A stretch of DNA of 64,000 bases from an uncultured Actinomycetes bacterium (GCA_963841735.1 CAWJDT010000004.1:256001-320000), one strand, 5' to 3'; shown: positions 24,334 to 35,074, counted from the stretch's first letter. The notes: generated by a model not told the origin, from the letters alone. Made by a program: numbers and translations.

Positions 24334-24696
24334 CTAGCTCGCTCCCAGAGCCTCCTTGGCACGAGCGGCTATCTGGGCAAACACCTCGGGTTCACGCACC
24401 ACCAAGTCGGCCAACATCTTGCGGTCGACCTCGATCTGCGCCTCTTTCAAACCATGAATGAGCTGGCTGTAGCTCATTCCATGCAAACGCGCTCCCGCGT
24501 TGATCCGCTGGATCCACAAACGACGGAACTCACGCTTGCGCGCCCTGCGGTCGCGGTAAGCATAGGTGCCGGACTTGATCAGCTGCTCTTTGGCCCTGCG
24601 GTACGAGGACTTCTTAAGTCCCCAATATCCCTTGGCCTGCTCTAAGGTCTTGCGGCGCTTCTTCTGCGCGCCGACGCTTCTCTTGACTCTGGGCAT
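24334..24696 (-). CDS. rplT: 50S ribosomal protein L20
   Basis: MPRVKR...AKGYWG...[10 protein letters not shown]. Confidence 0.98.
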   Translation of the reverse strand: MPRVKRSVGAQKKRRKTLEQAKGYWGLKKSSYRRAKEQLIKSGTYAYRDRRARKREFRRLWIQRINAGARLHGMSYSQLIHGLKEAQIEVDRKMLADLVVREPEVFAQIAARAKEALGAS

Positions 24697-24708
24697 AGCT
24701 CCGTCCTC

Positions 24709-24903
24709 CTAGCGGCCCAGCAGGTCGCGTAGCCGATTGTGATCGCTGTGGTTAATGACGGCGCCCTTGCGCAGCTTACGCTTGCGGTTCGCCGATTTCT
24801 TCGTAAGGAGATGGCTGCCGAAAGCGAGCCGCCGGGTGAGCTTGCCCGTGCCGGTAACGCCTATGCGTTTCTTGGTCCCCTTATGCGTCTTGTTCTTGGC
24901 CAT
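24709..24903 (-). CDS. rpmI: 50S ribosomal protein L35
   Basis: MAKNKTHKGTKKR...TGTGK...HLLTKK. Confidence 0.95.
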   Translation of the reverse strand: MAKNKTHKGTKKRIGVTGTGKLTRRLAFGSHLLTKKSANRKRKLRKGAVINHSDHNRLRDLLGR

Positions 24904-24998
24904 AGTTAATCCCTTCGCTAACGTGCAAACCATCTTTGACCCTAAGCAGCCCCTCGTCCGTGAGCGGCGCCGGATCGAGTGTTACACCGAACGCCCGC

Positions 24999-25511
24999 TT
25001 AACTCCGCTTCGGCGCGAGCATCATCACCATGTTCCGACCGTCCAAGTTAGGCTCCGACTCCACATCGCCTATCTCGGTCAGATCTTCCGCCATGCGTCG
25101 CAGCAGCCTCTCTCCCAGATGCGGATGCACCAACTCCCTGCCGCGGAACATGATCGTGAGCTTGACCTTGTCCCCCTTCTTCAGAAAACGCTCGACATGC
25201 CCCTTCTTCGTCGCGAAGTCATGGTCGTCGATCTTGGGCCGCAGCTTGATCTCTTTGATGCTGATCGTCGTCTGCCGCTTGCGCGCTTCCTTAGCCTTCT
25301 GCTCCTGTTCGTACCTGTACTTGCCGAAATCCATCACCTTGCAGACCGGCGGGGCGGCCATCGGAGCTACCTCGACCAAGTCGAGGTTTAGCCTATCGGC
25401 GTATTCCAACGCCTGTGGCACGCTGACGATCCCGACCTGCTCACCGTCCGGCCCGATGAGTCGGACCGATTCTGCGCGAATCTTCTCATTGATGCGAATG
25501 ATGTCGGCTAT
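24999..25511 (-). CDS. infC: Translation initiation factor IF-3
   Basis: [22 protein letters not shown] and [12 protein letters not shown]. Probable non-canonical ATA start at 25511, downstream of SD GGAGGTG (known IF3 autoregulation). Confidence 0.96.
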   Translation of the reverse strand: MADIIRINEKIRAESVRLIGPDGEQVGIVSVPQALEYADRLNLDLVEVAPMAAPPVCKVMDFGKYRYEQEQKAKEARKRQTTISIKEIKLRPKIDDHDFATKKGHVERFLKKGDKVKLTIMFRGRELVHPHLGERLLRRMAEDLTEIGDVESEPNLDGRNMVMMLAPKRS

Positions 25512-25564
25512 GTTGCTGTGCACCTCCCCCGGCGCTACCGGTTAGAGACTGTTCCTGAACACGC

Positions 25565-25690
25565 AAAAAAAGCGGTGTCACCACCGCTTCCCAATGCAGT
25601 CGCCCGGCCCGAAGCCGGACAAGACTATCTATGGCTAAACCTAAGCACCAACAAGGCGCTAGGTGGGAAGGGTGGCTTCCTCTTTATGCA
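25565..25690 (-). ncRNA. L20 leader (ribosomal-protein autoregulatory RNA)
   Basis: AGAGGAAGCCACCCTTCCCACCTAG...GGGAAGCGGTG-GTGA-CACCGC-TTTTTT upstream of infC-rpmI-rplT, with a terminator-like final hairpin. Confidence 0.75.
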
Positions 25691-25697
25691 AGTCGGC

Positions 25698-25726
25698 AGT
25701 ATAGCCGAATAAGCGGCCACGCTCAA
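25698..25726 (-). promoter_or_regulatory. Promoter of the infC operon
   Basis: TTGAGC-17 bp-TATACT. Confidence 0.7.
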
Positions 25727-27636
25727 GCGCAAGGGGCCACGGTCGGTGGGCTGCACTTCCCGGCGATGCTGACGACCGCTTCGCTCAGAAGAAGTGGCTC
25801 GGTGTCCTTGCTACCACGAGACCGCACGGTGACCGTGCGCTGTTCCACTTCGCGATCGCCCACGACAAGCATGAACGGCACTTTCGTGACTTCGCCGTCT
25901 CTGATCTTCTTCGATACCGACTCGGTCCTCAAATCGACGTCCACTCGCAACGCGGCGCACTCCAGAGCAGCCTTGACCTCTGCCGCATAGCCTGCGTGGC
26001 GATCGGCCACAGGCACAACGGCCACCTGCACGGGAGCAAGCCAAGCCGGCAGCGCGCCCCCGTAGTGCTCGATGAGAATGCCTAGGAAACGCTCGATGCT
26101 CCCCAGCACTACGCGGTGCAGCATGACCGGACGGTGGCGCTGGTTATCCTCGCCCACATAGTCGAGGTCGAGTCGCTCGGGCATGGCGAAGTCCAACTGA
26201 CAGGTAGCGCACTGCCACGTGCGCCCCATGACGTCCTCGATGTGGAAGTCGATCTTAGGCCCGTAGAAAGCACCATCCCCCGGATTGAGCACGTATGGTA
26301 GCTCGGCACGCTCCAGAGCTGTCGCCAGCGCACTCTCGGCGATCTGCCACATCTCGTCGCTACCGATAGACTTGTCCGGCCTGGTGGACAGCTCCACATG
26401 GACCTTCTCGAAACCGAAGGTCTTGTACATCCGCCGGATCAGAGCGATCACCCCCAGCACCTCATCTTCCACCTGCTCGGGCAGACAGAAGATGTGGGCG
26501 TCGTCCTGGGTGAACACCCGAACTCTGAACAGGCCATGCAGCACGCCGGACATCTCGTGCCGGTGCACCTGACCCAACTCCGCCATGCGGATAGGGAAGT
26601 CCCTATAGGAATGCTGGTCGCTCTTGTATACGAGCGTGCCCCCAGGACAGTTCATGGGTTTGACGGCGAAGTCGACGTCATCGATCTTCGTGAAGTACAT
26701 GTTGTCCTTGTAGTTCTCCCAATGGCCGGATTGTTCCCAGAGCGTGCGATCCAGCATTATGGGCGTGCGGATCTCTTCGTAGCCGGCGGCCACGTGTTCC
26801 CTCCGCCAGTACTCCAAGAGCGCGTTCACCACTCGCATCCCCTTGGGATGGAAGAACGGGAAGCCGGGGCCCTCGTCGTGGAAACTGAAAAGGCCCAGTT
26901 CGCGGCCGAGCCGGCGATGATCACGCTGCTTTGCCATCTCCATGCGCTCGAGGTACTCGTCAAGATCTTTCTTGGTAGCGAAAGCCGTGCCGTAGATGCG
27001 GGTAAGCATGGTGTTGTCGCTCTTGCCCCGCCAGTACGCTCCGGCGACTGAGAGAAGCGCCACAGCCCCGATACGGCTGCTGTCGGGCACATGCGGCCCT
27101 CGACACAGGTCGACGAACTCACCCTGGCGGTAGAGGCTGATGATCGCGTCCTCGGGCAAGTCGTGTACGAGTTCGAGCTTATACGGCTCGTCCCGGAACA
27201 CTGCCGTCGCTTCTTCTCTGCTGACCTCGCGCCGCTCAAAGGGCGCCCCTTGCCCAAGCAGGCGGTGCATCTCTTCGGCCAGCCCCGGCAGATCGTCCTC
27301 GCCTACAGCCTGGGGGAATTCGAAGTCGTAGTAGAACCCGTCCTTGATGGCTGGGCCAATGGCGACCTTGGTGCCGGGGAACAGACGAGTGGCAGCCTCG
27401 GCCAGTACGTGAGCCGCTGAGTGGCGGATGACGTCGAGGCCTTCGGGCGTGCCGGGAGTCACGATGGCCACGTGGTCGCCCTCGTGAAGCCTCGTCGCCA
27501 GGTCGACCACCACATCGCCGACCTTTGCTGCCACCGCTGCCTTCGCCAAACGGGGGCCGATGGCTTCGGCGACGGCGCCCGCTGTGGCCCCGTCGGCCAC
27601 GGTGAGTTCTGAACCATCAGGAAGAACGACCTTCAT
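25723..27636 (-). CDS. thrS: Threonine--tRNA ligase
   Basis: TGS domain, RHSAAH, DLCRGPH, KPMNCPG and GAFYGPKID. Confidence 0.98.
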   Translation of the reverse strand: MKVVLPDGSELTVADGATAGAVAEAIGPRLAKAAVAAKVGDVVVDLATRLHEGDHVAIVTPGTPEGLDVIRHSAAHVLAEAATRLFPGTKVAIGPAIKDGFYYDFEFPQAVGEDDLPGLAEEMHRLLGQGAPFERREVSREEATAVFRDEPYKLELVHDLPEDAIISLYRQGEFVDLCRGPHVPDSSRIGAVALLSVAGAYWRGKSDNTMLTRIYGTAFATKKDLDEYLERMEMAKQRDHRRLGRELGLFSFHDEGPGFPFFHPKGMRVVNALLEYWRREHVAAGYEEIRTPIMLDRTLWEQSGHWENYKDNMYFTKIDDVDFAVKPMNCPGGTLVYKSDQHSYRDFPIRMAELGQVHRHEMSGVLHGLFRVRVFTQDDAHIFCLPEQVEDEVLGVIALIRRMYKTFGFEKVHVELSTRPDKSIGSDEMWQIAESALATALERAELPYVLNPGDGAFYGPKIDFHIEDVMGRTWQCATCQLDFAMPERLDLDYVGEDNQRHRPVMLHRVVLGSIERFLGILIEHYGGALPAWLAPVQVAVVPVADRHAGYAAEVKAALECAALRVDVDLRTESVSKKIRDGEVTKVPFMLVVGDREVEQRTVTVRSRGSKDTEPLLLSEAVVSIAGKCSPPTVAPCA

Positions 27637-27677
27637 GGGCCCTCACAGAAATGAGTTGATGGGCCGGAGTGTGTGAG

Positions 27678-27749
27678 TGGGCACTGTAGGATTTGAACCT
27701 ACGACCTCTTCCGTGTCAAGGAAGCGCTCTCCCCCTGAGCTAAGCGCCC
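27678..27749 (-). tRNA. tRNA-Val(GAC)
   Basis: Cloverleaf GGGCGCT...CTTCC-TTGACAC-GGAAG...GTTCAAATC; CCA not encoded. Confidence 0.95.
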
Positions 27750-27761
27750 ATCAGGGCGGTC

Positions 27762-27790
27762 ATGATACAGCCGTGCCTCAACACTGGCAA
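27762..27790 (-). promoter_or_regulatory. Promoter for tRNA-Val/thrS
   Basis: TTGCCA-17 bp-TATCAT with an extended -10 TG. Confidence 0.65.
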
Positions 27791-28094
27791 GCTCTCGGGG
27801 CCAGTGCCGAAGAAGCAGCGGCCACTACAGCGCCTCAACAGTCGTGACGCAGCGCCTCAGACTGACTGGCTGTTCGCAGCTCGACGATCACGTCCGTAAA
27901 CACTCTTGGCGGTATTGAATGGAAAAGAGTGAACCGACGGACATTCCCCGATGAATACTCCCGGCTACTCTTCGCTGTCGTGCTCTTGTGGGCCGGCCAG
28001 GGTGTGTGGACAAAGAAGATGCTGGACATGAATTCGGAGGATAGCGACCGAACCATCGGTCGGTGCCCGCTGCAACGAGCACGCCATCATGAGG

Positions 28095-28165
28095 AGGCGA
28101 CGACCGGACTTGAACCGGTGTAGCGGGTTTTGCAGACCCGTGCCTAGCCACTCGGCCACGTCGCC
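28095..28165 (-). tRNA. tRNA-Cys(GCA)
   Basis: GGCGACG...CGGGT-CTGCAAA-ACCCG...GGTTCAAGTCC; U73 discriminator. Confidence 0.95.
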
Positions 28166-28182
28166 TCGAGACGGCACAGAGA

Positions 28183-28259
28183 TGGAGCGGATGAAGGGAT
28201 TCGAACCCTCGACCTTCTGCATGGCAAGCAGACGCTCTAGCCAACTGAGCTACATCCGC
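28183..28259 (-). tRNA. tRNA-Gly(GCC)
   Basis: GCGGATG...TCTGC-TTGCCAT-GCAGA...TCCA; CCA encoded. Confidence 0.96.
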
Positions 28260-28284
28260 CCGTAGGCGCCTTACGGCTTGGGGA

Positions 28285-29880
28285 TTATAGACCAGCGCCT
28301 TCCTGTTCGTCTAGAGCGCGATTCACCAAAGCGTCGGCTCTGGCGTTCTGCTCCCTTGGAACATGGCGGATTCGGAAACGCGAAAAGCGCCGCGACCGCT
28401 CCTGAGCCTCGGCGTGGAGAGGCTTGAGACCTTCATTCTTAACCTTGTACTGCCCGAGCATCTGCCTCACCAGCAGTTCGGAATCGGATGCCACCTCTAC
28501 CTCGCCGGCCCCCAACGCCGCGGCAGCCTCCAGACCAACCAGCAGCGCGCGGTATTCGGCCACATTGTTGGTGGTGACCCCGATGGCTCGACCGATCCCC
28601 TCGAGCACCTCGCCGGCCCCGTCCTCGATAACCACTCCGATGCCACTGGGGCCAGGATTACCGCGTGAACCCCCGTCGATCCACACCCGCACTGCCAGCT
28701 TGCCGTCACCGGCGCCGGACCTGGGGGCTGACGATCTCGTACTCACGCCCGCACCCGATTCATGCTCGCCGCAGCCCGTCGCCACGTGATTCCACGGTGA
28801 ACTCCATTCCTCAGACAAAGCCACGCCTACCCCAACCTTCTTCAGTTCGTTTACCAGAGTCTGCGCCCACTGCTTGAACGCCCACCATTCAAAGTCGCCA
28901 TGCGGCACCGCGACAAGAGCAAGCCCATCGTTTGCTGCTCGCTCGCCCTCGTGGTAGCCAACGTCACCCGTGACAAGCACCTCGCAACGCTCCGCGGCCC
29001 GATCAAGCGAACTGCGCCCACTACCGGGCAGCACTCCCACTTGCCTCACCATCCGCGAGCCATCGCCGCTCCAAGAGACGCCCTCGAGCTCGAAGATCTG
29101 CGCCACGCGGCTCGCCAAGTCTCCCACCGATACCGCCGCGGGCATCGTCCCGACGCGACCCAGGCCTACGCGGGGAAGAATGTCTTCCACCGGGTAGACA
29201 TCAAAAGCCGGCTCCTCATAGGGATGAGCGGCGACGAAGGCTCTGATCACCTCGCCTAACCGGTTCCGCGGCGCCACGGTCTCCCAGCGGACCTCAGAGA
29301 TCCTTTCGGGATGCGCCCGCACACCCACTGCCGGGTTGGCTCCAGGCCCAGGAGTGAACCACCCCTTGCCCTCGCCGCCATACGCGCAATCCGCATAGTC
29401 GCCAATGGCGCCCGCTCCAGCCGCGAACACGGCGGCAGCCACAGTCTCCACTGCCTCCGTCGGAATGAACCCCACCACCTTGTACCAGCCGGCGGGCGAC
29501 GGCTCCAAGGGAGTCATATCCACGAGACCAAGCGCATGTCCGGCGATGTCCGCCAATCCGTTACGAGCCGCATCCACATTGGTGTGGCAGGCGATCAGGT
29601 TGAGGCCGGCGCTCACGAGCCTGCGCACACTGCGCTCGCGGGGCTGTGATTCGCGCAGGGATCGCACCGGCGCATACAATAGCGGGTGATGCGTGAGGAT
29701 GGTGTCATAACCACCGGCGACGGCCTCGCTCAGAACCGGCTCAGTCAATTCCAGCGCCACGAGGACGCTCCGCACCGCCGCTTCCTCGTCACCCACGAGA
29801 AGACCGCAGTTGTCGCCCGGCTGAGCAAGCTCAAACGGAGCAAGTCGCTCGACAACGCGCAACAGTTCGCTTACCAACAC
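28285..29880 (-). CDS. NIF3/YqfO-like protein (with PII-like insert) fused to ribonuclease HI
   Basis: N-terminal DNCGLLVG, THHPL, HTNVD, HPYEEPAFD, TGDVGYH; C-terminal DGGSRGNPG, TNNVAEY, DSELLVRQ, HVPREQNARAD. One uninterrupted ORF. Confidence 0.88.
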   Translation of the reverse strand: MLVSELLRVVERLAPFELAQPGDNCGLLVGDEEAAVRSVLVALELTEPVLSEAVAGGYDTILTHHPLLYAPVRSLRESQPRERSVRRLVSAGLNLIACHTNVDAARNGLADIAGHALGLVDMTPLEPSPAGWYKVVGFIPTEAVETVAAAVFAAGAGAIGDYADCAYGGEGKGWFTPGPGANPAVGVRAHPERISEVRWETVAPRNRLGEVIRAFVAAHPYEEPAFDVYPVEDILPRVGLGRVGTMPAAVSVGDLASRVAQIFELEGVSWSGDGSRMVRQVGVLPGSGRSSLDRAAERCEVLVTGDVGYHEGERAANDGLALVAVPHGDFEWWAFKQWAQTLVNELKKVGVGVALSEEWSSPWNHVATGCGEHESGAGVSTRSSAPRSGAGDGKLAVRVWIDGGSRGNPGPSGIGVVIEDGAGEVLEGIGRAIGVTTNNVAEYRALLVGLEAAAALGAGEVEVASDSELLVRQMLGQYKVKNEGLKPLHAEAQERSRRFSRFRIRHVPREQNARADALVNRALDEQEGAGL

Positions 29881-29907
29881 CGCGCACTCCTTCGGGCGGT
29901 CAATAAG

Positions 29908-29981
29908 TGGGCCCAGCAGGACTCGAACCTGCGACCGGCCGATTATGAGTCGGCAGCTCTAACCAACTGAGCTATGGGCCC
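29908..29981 (-). tRNA. tRNA with CAT anticodon, probably tRNA-Ile2 (lysidine-modified)
   Basis: GGGCCCATAGCTCAG...GCCGA-CTCATAA-TCGGC; paired G1-C72 and no 3xGC anticodon stem, so not the initiator tRNA. Confidence 0.88.
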
Positions 29982-30009
29982 GGGACGACGCACATTCTAC
30001 CGCACCGGC

Positions 30010-30645
30010 CTACGTCGCAGAGCCAACTCTCTCAACGATGAAGAGGCCGCTGACGGCCCTTAGGTTGGGCCACAGCCGCACCGGACGCCTCTTGCCCATA
30101 TAGAAACTACGGACGATGCGTATGTCCTGCCCCCGAGTGAAGTCCTTGAAATCATTGATGGTGAGCGAACGAACGTTGGGTGTGTTGTACCACTGGTAAG
30201 GCAGCGCCTTAGTCACCGGCACCCGCCCGGTGAACAGCAGCTGCAGCCGAGGCTTCCAGTGCCCGAAGTTGGGGAAGCTGGCCACGACGTAACGCCCCAC
30301 CCGCAAGGCCTCCTTGAGAACCTCCAGAGTCTCGTGCGCTTGTTGCAGCGTCTGGCTTAGCACCACGTAGTCAAAACTGGCCGCGGGGTAGTACGAAAGG
30401 CCCTCAGTGAAGTCCCCGTGATGCACCGTCACCCCGTGGGCCGCGGCCTCGTAGACCCGCTCCTCCACGATCTCTATTCCCGTACCTCGCACATCCTTCT
30501 GCTCGGCGAGAACCTTCAGCAGCTCGCCGGCGCCGCAGCCCAGGTCGAGCACCCGGGCCCCTCGCGGCACCGCCTCCACGATGAACAGGTGATCCGGACC
30601 CAAGGCTGCCAGTAGGTCACGCATCTCCAGCGTATCCTCAGTCAA
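30010..30645 (-). CDS. metW: Methionine biosynthesis protein MetW
   Basis: [20 protein letters not shown] and WYNTPN; directly after metX; start TTG 30645 or ATG 30624. Confidence 0.9.
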   Translation of the reverse strand: MTEDTLEMRDLLAALGPDHLFIVEAVPRGARVLDLGCGAGELLKVLAEQKDVRGTGIEIVEERVYEAAAHGVTVHHGDFTEGLSYYPAASFDYVVLSQTLQQAHETLEVLKEALRVGRYVVASFPNFGHWKPRLQLLFTGRVPVTKALPYQWYNTPNVRSLTINDFKDFTRGQDIRIVRSFYMGKRRPVRLWPNLRAVSGLFIVERVGSAT

Positions 30646-31807
30646 AGCGCAATCCTCTCCGCCGCGCGGTGGTATCGACGAAATGCCACACCACCCGGCT
30701 GAGCTCCTTGTTTTCGAGCAGAAAGGCGTCGTGCCCAAACGATAGCTTCATCTCCAGGTAGGAGCAGTCGATGTTGTTGCCCTTGAGGGCTTTCACAATC
30801 TCTTTCGACTGGTAGGGTGGATACAGCCAGTCACTGCTAAAAGCTACCAGGAGAAAGCGCATCTCCTCGGGAATGTCACGGAAGGTCTCGGTCAACACCC
30901 CGTGACCGCCGGACAGGTCGAAGTAGTCCAGAGCCTTTGTGACATAGAGATAGGTGTTGGCATCAAAGCGACGGGTGAACATCTCCCCTTGGTACTTCAG
31001 GTAGCTCGCCACCTCGAAGTCCTGGGTCAGGCCATAGCTTAGCTCCCTGCTATCCCGCAGGCGCCGCCCGAACTTCTCATGCATGGATTCATCCGACAGG
31101 TATGTTATGTGGCCGATCATCCGGGCCACAGCAAGGCCACTGTCGGGCGGATCGCCGTCGTAGTAGTCGCCGCCGTTCCATTTGGGATCGCCCATGATGG
31201 CTTGGCGGCCTACCTCGTTGAACGCGATCTGCATAGGTGAGTGCCGCTGCGTGGCGGCGATGGGGATGCACGAAGCTACCGCGTCCGGGTACGCTACCGC
31301 CCATTGCAGGGCCTGCATGCCCCCCATGGAGCCGCCCGACACACTGAGCAGACGGCTGATGCCCAGTCGATCGATGAGCAGCTTCTGGGCCCGCACCATG
31401 TCACCCACCGTAACCAGGGGAAACTCGAGGCCGTAGGGCCTGCCCGTCGCGGGGTTGACGCTGATAGGACCCGAACTGCCCTTGCACCCGCCGATGACGT
31501 TGGAACACACCACAAAGTAGCGGTCGGTGTCGAAGCCCTTGCCCGGGCCGATCATCGCCTCCCACCAGCCGGGCTTTTCGTCTCCCGGGTAGTAGCCGGC
31601 AGCGTGCGCGTCACCAGACAGCGCGTGCACTATGAGGATGGCGTTGGTTCGCTCCTCGTTCAAGCGCCCGTAGGTCTCGTAGGCGATCGTAACCGGGGCG
31701 AGCGTCTCTCCCGAGTCGAGCAGCAGCGAGTCGAACTCCACCGACTGGAGGGTGGCCTCTCCCACGGAGGACCCCTGGTGCGTCTGGTCTATGCGGTAAT
31801 CACTCAT
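30638..31807 (-). CDS. metX: Homoserine O-acyltransferase
   Basis: HALSGD, GGSMGG, RFDAN, SSDWLYP and GHDAFL. Confidence 0.95.
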   Translation of the reverse strand: MSDYRIDQTHQGSSVGEATLQSVEFDSLLLDSGETLAPVTIAYETYGRLNEERTNAILIVHALSGDAHAAGYYPGDEKPGWWEAMIGPGKGFDTDRYFVVCSNVIGGCKGSSGPISVNPATGRPYGLEFPLVTVGDMVRAQKLLIDRLGISRLLSVSGGSMGGMQALQWAVAYPDAVASCIPIAATQRHSPMQIAFNEVGRQAIMGDPKWNGGDYYDGDPPDSGLAVARMIGHITYLSDESMHEKFGRRLRDSRELSYGLTQDFEVASYLKYQGEMFTRRFDANTYLYVTKALDYFDLSGGHGVLTETFRDIPEEMRFLLVAFSSDWLYPPYQSKEIVKALKGNNIDCSYLEMKLSFGHDAFLLENKELSRVVWHFVDTTARRRGLRFD

Positions 31808-33555
31808 CCCCGATAACGGTTCGTGATAGGTAGGCGCCGGTCCTTCCCGAAGGCCTTCGGAGTGATTCGGACTCCCGGAGCGCTTTGCCGTCGCTTGTAC
31901 TCGTTGCCGTCGATCATAGCCAACACTTTCTGTACCATCGGGCGCTCAATCCCCAAGGTTACAATCTCATCGATGCTGTCGTCGCGCACAACGTACGCCT
32001 CGATTATCCGGTCGAGGATGTCGTACGGCGGCAATGTGTCCTGGTCGGTCTGATCCGGCGCCAGTTCGGCCGAAGGGGCGCGGGTGATAGTGGAGCCAGG
32101 GATAGGACTCACGCCGAACGCGAGCGCGTTGCGGTACTCCGCCAACCTGTAGACCAGAGTCTTGGGCACGTCCTTGAGCACCGCGAATCCCCCAGCCATA
32201 TCCCCGTAAAGCGTGGCGTAGCCCACGGCCATCTCGCTCTTGTTGCCGGTGGTCAGCACCAGCCACCCGAACTCGTTTGAGAGCGCCATCAGCAGATTGC
32301 CCCTGATGCGCGCTTGGATGTTCTGCTCCGTAACCCCCGGCACTTCGTCCAGATGCACCCGCAGACTCTCCAGATACGCTCGATACACGGTCTCGATCGG
32401 AATCTCCCGGTAATACACTCCCAGCCTACGAGCCGTCTCCTGCGCATCACTTCTGGTGCCTTCGGTCGAATAGCGCGAGGGCATGGAGACGGTGTTGACC
32501 CTCTCCTTGCCCAGCGCGTCGGCAGCGATACATGCCGTGAGCGCCGAGTCGATGCCGCCGCTGATGCCCATGACCACCTGCTTGAAGCCGTTCTTGCGCG
32601 CATAGTCCCGGACACCCAGACACAAGGCCGAGTAGACCTCCGCCTCCGACCCCAGCGGGTCGCACACCCGAACGGATAGCGGGCGCATTCCGCCGCCCGA
32701 GTCGTCGCCAAACCCGGTCGTCGCCTCAGGCGCTAACGCCTCAGATCCCGCTGAGACCTCGATCACCTCCACCGGCCACGTGCGAGCGGGCGCGCTCCCC
32801 GCCGTCTCCAACGCGCGCGGTCGCGGGCCGGCGTCTATCTCCACCACCAGCAGCTCCTCGTCGAACTGACACGCACGCCCCACCAGGGTGCCCTCGGGAT
32901 CGAAGGCCACGCTCTGTCCATCGAATACCAGCTCGTCCTGTCCGCCCACCCCGTTCACATAGAGCACGTGGGCCCCGAAAGCCTTGGCCCGCTCGGCCAG
33001 CATGCTCTTCCGTTCACCACCCTTGCCCCTGTGATAGGGCGACATGGACAAGTTGACTATCAAGTCGGCCCCACCCACCACCGCTGCGGTCTCCCCAGGT
33101 CCATCGTCCTCCCAGATGTCTTCGCAGACGGTGAGGCCGAGGCGCAATCCGTCGACGCACAAGATCGTCGCCCGGTCTCCGGGAGTGAAATAGCGCTTCT
33201 CGTCGAACACCGCGTAATTGGGCAGCAATATCTTGCGATAGAGCCCGGCGACCGCCCCACCGGCCAGGATGGCCGCACAGTTGTATGTAGCGTCCTCTTC
33301 CGCCAGCGGGACCCCCACCAAGGCCACGATGTCGTTGCAGGCGACGGCGATCTCGTCCAGAGCCTCCCTGCACCGGGCCAAAAAATGATCCTTCAGCACC
33401 AGATCCTCAGGCGGATAGCCGGAGATGGCCAGTTCCGGAAATATCACCACCCGAGCCCCCAAACTCAGCGCGCGAGCGACCCAAGCGGTAATCAACTCGG
33501 TATTGCCCTTGATGTCCCCTACCGTGGGATTGATCTGCGCGAGCGCGATCCTCAC
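31804..33555 (-). CDS. nadE: Glutamine-dependent NAD+ synthetase
   Basis: Nitrilase-like domain (FPEL, YRK, VCED) plus SGGIDS, NIQAR and TGNKSE. Confidence 0.96.
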   Translation of the reverse strand: MRIALAQINPTVGDIKGNTELITAWVARALSLGARVVIFPELAISGYPPEDLVLKDHFLARCREALDEIAVACNDIVALVGVPLAEEDATYNCAAILAGGAVAGLYRKILLPNYAVFDEKRYFTPGDRATILCVDGLRLGLTVCEDIWEDDGPGETAAVVGGADLIVNLSMSPYHRGKGGERKSMLAERAKAFGAHVLYVNGVGGQDELVFDGQSVAFDPEGTLVGRACQFDEELLVVEIDAGPRPRALETAGSAPARTWPVEVIEVSAGSEALAPEATTGFGDDSGGGMRPLSVRVCDPLGSEAEVYSALCLGVRDYARKNGFKQVVMGISGGIDSALTACIAADALGKERVNTVSMPSRYSTEGTRSDAQETARRLGVYYREIPIETVYRAYLESLRVHLDEVPGVTEQNIQARIRGNLLMALSNEFGWLVLTTGNKSEMAVGYATLYGDMAGGFAVLKDVPKTLVYRLAEYRNALAFGVSPIPGSTITRAPSAELAPDQTDQDTLPPYDILDRIIEAYVVRDDSIDEIVTLGIERPMVQKVLAMIDGNEYKRRQSAPGVRITPKAFGKDRRLPITNRYRG

Positions 33556-33594
33556 AGGGGCTCCTTCAGTCGGCTACCCACAACCACCGCCATG

Positions 33595-34995
33595 TCACTC
33601 TGCCCTCTCCAGAACGTCGAGCACCTCTCTGGTCTTCTGCTCCATGAGAGTCTTGTCACTACGCGTCTCGACGTTCAGCCGGACGACCGGCTCGGTGTTG
33701 GACGATCTCACGTTGAACCGCCACTCGGCCAGCTCGACACTCACTCCATCGGTCTCGTCGATACTGAGCGCTTCTCCGGCGTATCGGGCGCGCGCGGCGG
33801 CGATAGCCCGAGCCGGTTCGGGCAACGTAAGATTGATCTCCCCACTCACCGGGAAACGGGCGATCCGCTCCTCCACCATGGCCGACAGCGGCCGTCCCTC
33901 TTCGCTCATGGCCTCAGCCACCTGCAGCCACGGGATCATGCCACTGTCGCAGTATGAGAACTCCTTGAAGTAGTGGTGGGCCGACATCTCTCCCCCATAG
34001 ATGCCGTCGACCTGGCGCATCCTTTCCTTGATGAAGGCATGCCCACTCTTGGAGAGCACGGGCGTGCCGCCGTGCTCCTGGACAATCTCCTCTGTGTTCC
34101 ACACCAGCCGGGGATCGTGCACAATCAGACCCCCTGCGTGTCGCCGTAGAGCCCGCGCGGCAAGCAGCCCGACAACGTAGTAGCCCTCGACGAATGCCCC
34201 GCGTTCGTCAAAGAAGAAGCATCGGTCGAAATCGCCGTCCCAGGCGATGCCCAAGTCAGCCTTCTCGGCCACCACGGCCTGGGCAGTCATGGCCCGGTTC
34301 TCGAGCAGCATGGGGTTAGGCACCCCATTAGGGAAGTTGCCGTCCGGCTCGTGATTGAGCTTGACGAACTCAAACGGAAGGCTGGCCTCGAGCATGTCGA
34401 TCACCGGTCCTGCCCCGCCATTGCCGGCGTTGACCACGATCTTAAGAGGGCGCAGCTTCGGAAGGTCGACGTAAGTCAACAGGTGTCCCACATAGCTCGG
34501 GCGGCAGTTGAACTGCGTGAGTGTACCTGGAGTGGCGGAACCGGTGCTGGGGGGCGGAGCCCAGTGTACATAGCCTTCCACCCTCAGAGCCTCCATTACG
34601 GCTGCTTCCATATCCAGGAGACCGGTATCCGCACTGACGGGCCGGGCCTTGTCGCGAGTGAACTTCATGCCGTTGTAGTCCCTGGGGTTATGACTGGCGG
34701 TGATCATGACGCCTCCATCAAGGCCCAGCGAAAACACGGCGTAGTAGACCTCCTCTGTGCCCACCAAGCCGATGTCTAACACGTCGACCCCCGACTCCGT
34801 GAGGCCCCGGCACAAAGCCTCCGCCAACTCGGGACTCGTGTGACGGATGTCGTGCCCCACAGCCACCCGGCTGGGCCGGATGAGCTGAGCGTAGGCCCTG
34901 CCAATATGTACGGCCAGTTCCTTGTTCAATTGACCGGGCACGCGACCCCGAACGTCATAAGCCTTGAAGCAGTCGAGATATAAGCCGCTTGCCAT
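33595..34995 (-). CDS. manB: Phosphomannomutase / phosphoglucomutase
   Basis: FKAYDVRG, TASHNP, DGDFDR, GEMSAH and RSSNTEP. Confidence 0.92.
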   Translation of the reverse strand: MASGLYLDCFKAYDVRGRVPGQLNKELAVHIGRAYAQLIRPSRVAVGHDIRHTSPELAEALCRGLTESGVDVLDIGLVGTEEVYYAVFSLGLDGGVMITASHNPRDYNGMKFTRDKARPVSADTGLLDMEAAVMEALRVEGYVHWAPPPSTGSATPGTLTQFNCRPSYVGHLLTYVDLPKLRPLKIVVNAGNGGAGPVIDMLEASLPFEFVKLNHEPDGNFPNGVPNPMLLENRAMTAQAVVAEKADLGIAWDGDFDRCFFFDERGAFVEGYYVVGLLAARALRRHAGGLIVHDPRLVWNTEEIVQEHGGTPVLSKSGHAFIKERMRQVDGIYGGEMSAHHYFKEFSYCDSGMIPWLQVAEAMSEEGRPLSAMVEERIARFPVSGEINLTLPEPARAIAAARARYAGEALSIDETDGVSVELAEWRFNVRSSNTEPVVRLNVETRSDKTLMEQKTREVLDVLERAE

Positions 34996-35030
34996 CGTCA
35001 GAAACCTCCAGGCCCGGTACACGAGAACGT

Positions 35031-35059
35031 TTGCATGAGGTAGGTGTATTGCTTATACT
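35031..35059 (+). promoter_or_regulatory. Promoter for tRNA-Asn
   Basis: TTGCAT-17 bp-TATACT. Confidence 0.7.
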
Positions 35060-35074
35060 ACGCGAGGTCCACGG

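Noticed and set aside
27637-27677. T-box leaders for thrS (also checked tyrS and pheS)
   Set aside because: The leaders are too short and have no GGTGGxACC motif; this absence is ordinary for Actinomycetota.
27835-28244. Short ORFs around tRNA-Cys/Gly
   Set aside because: They overlap tRNAs or lack an SD and any recognisable motif.
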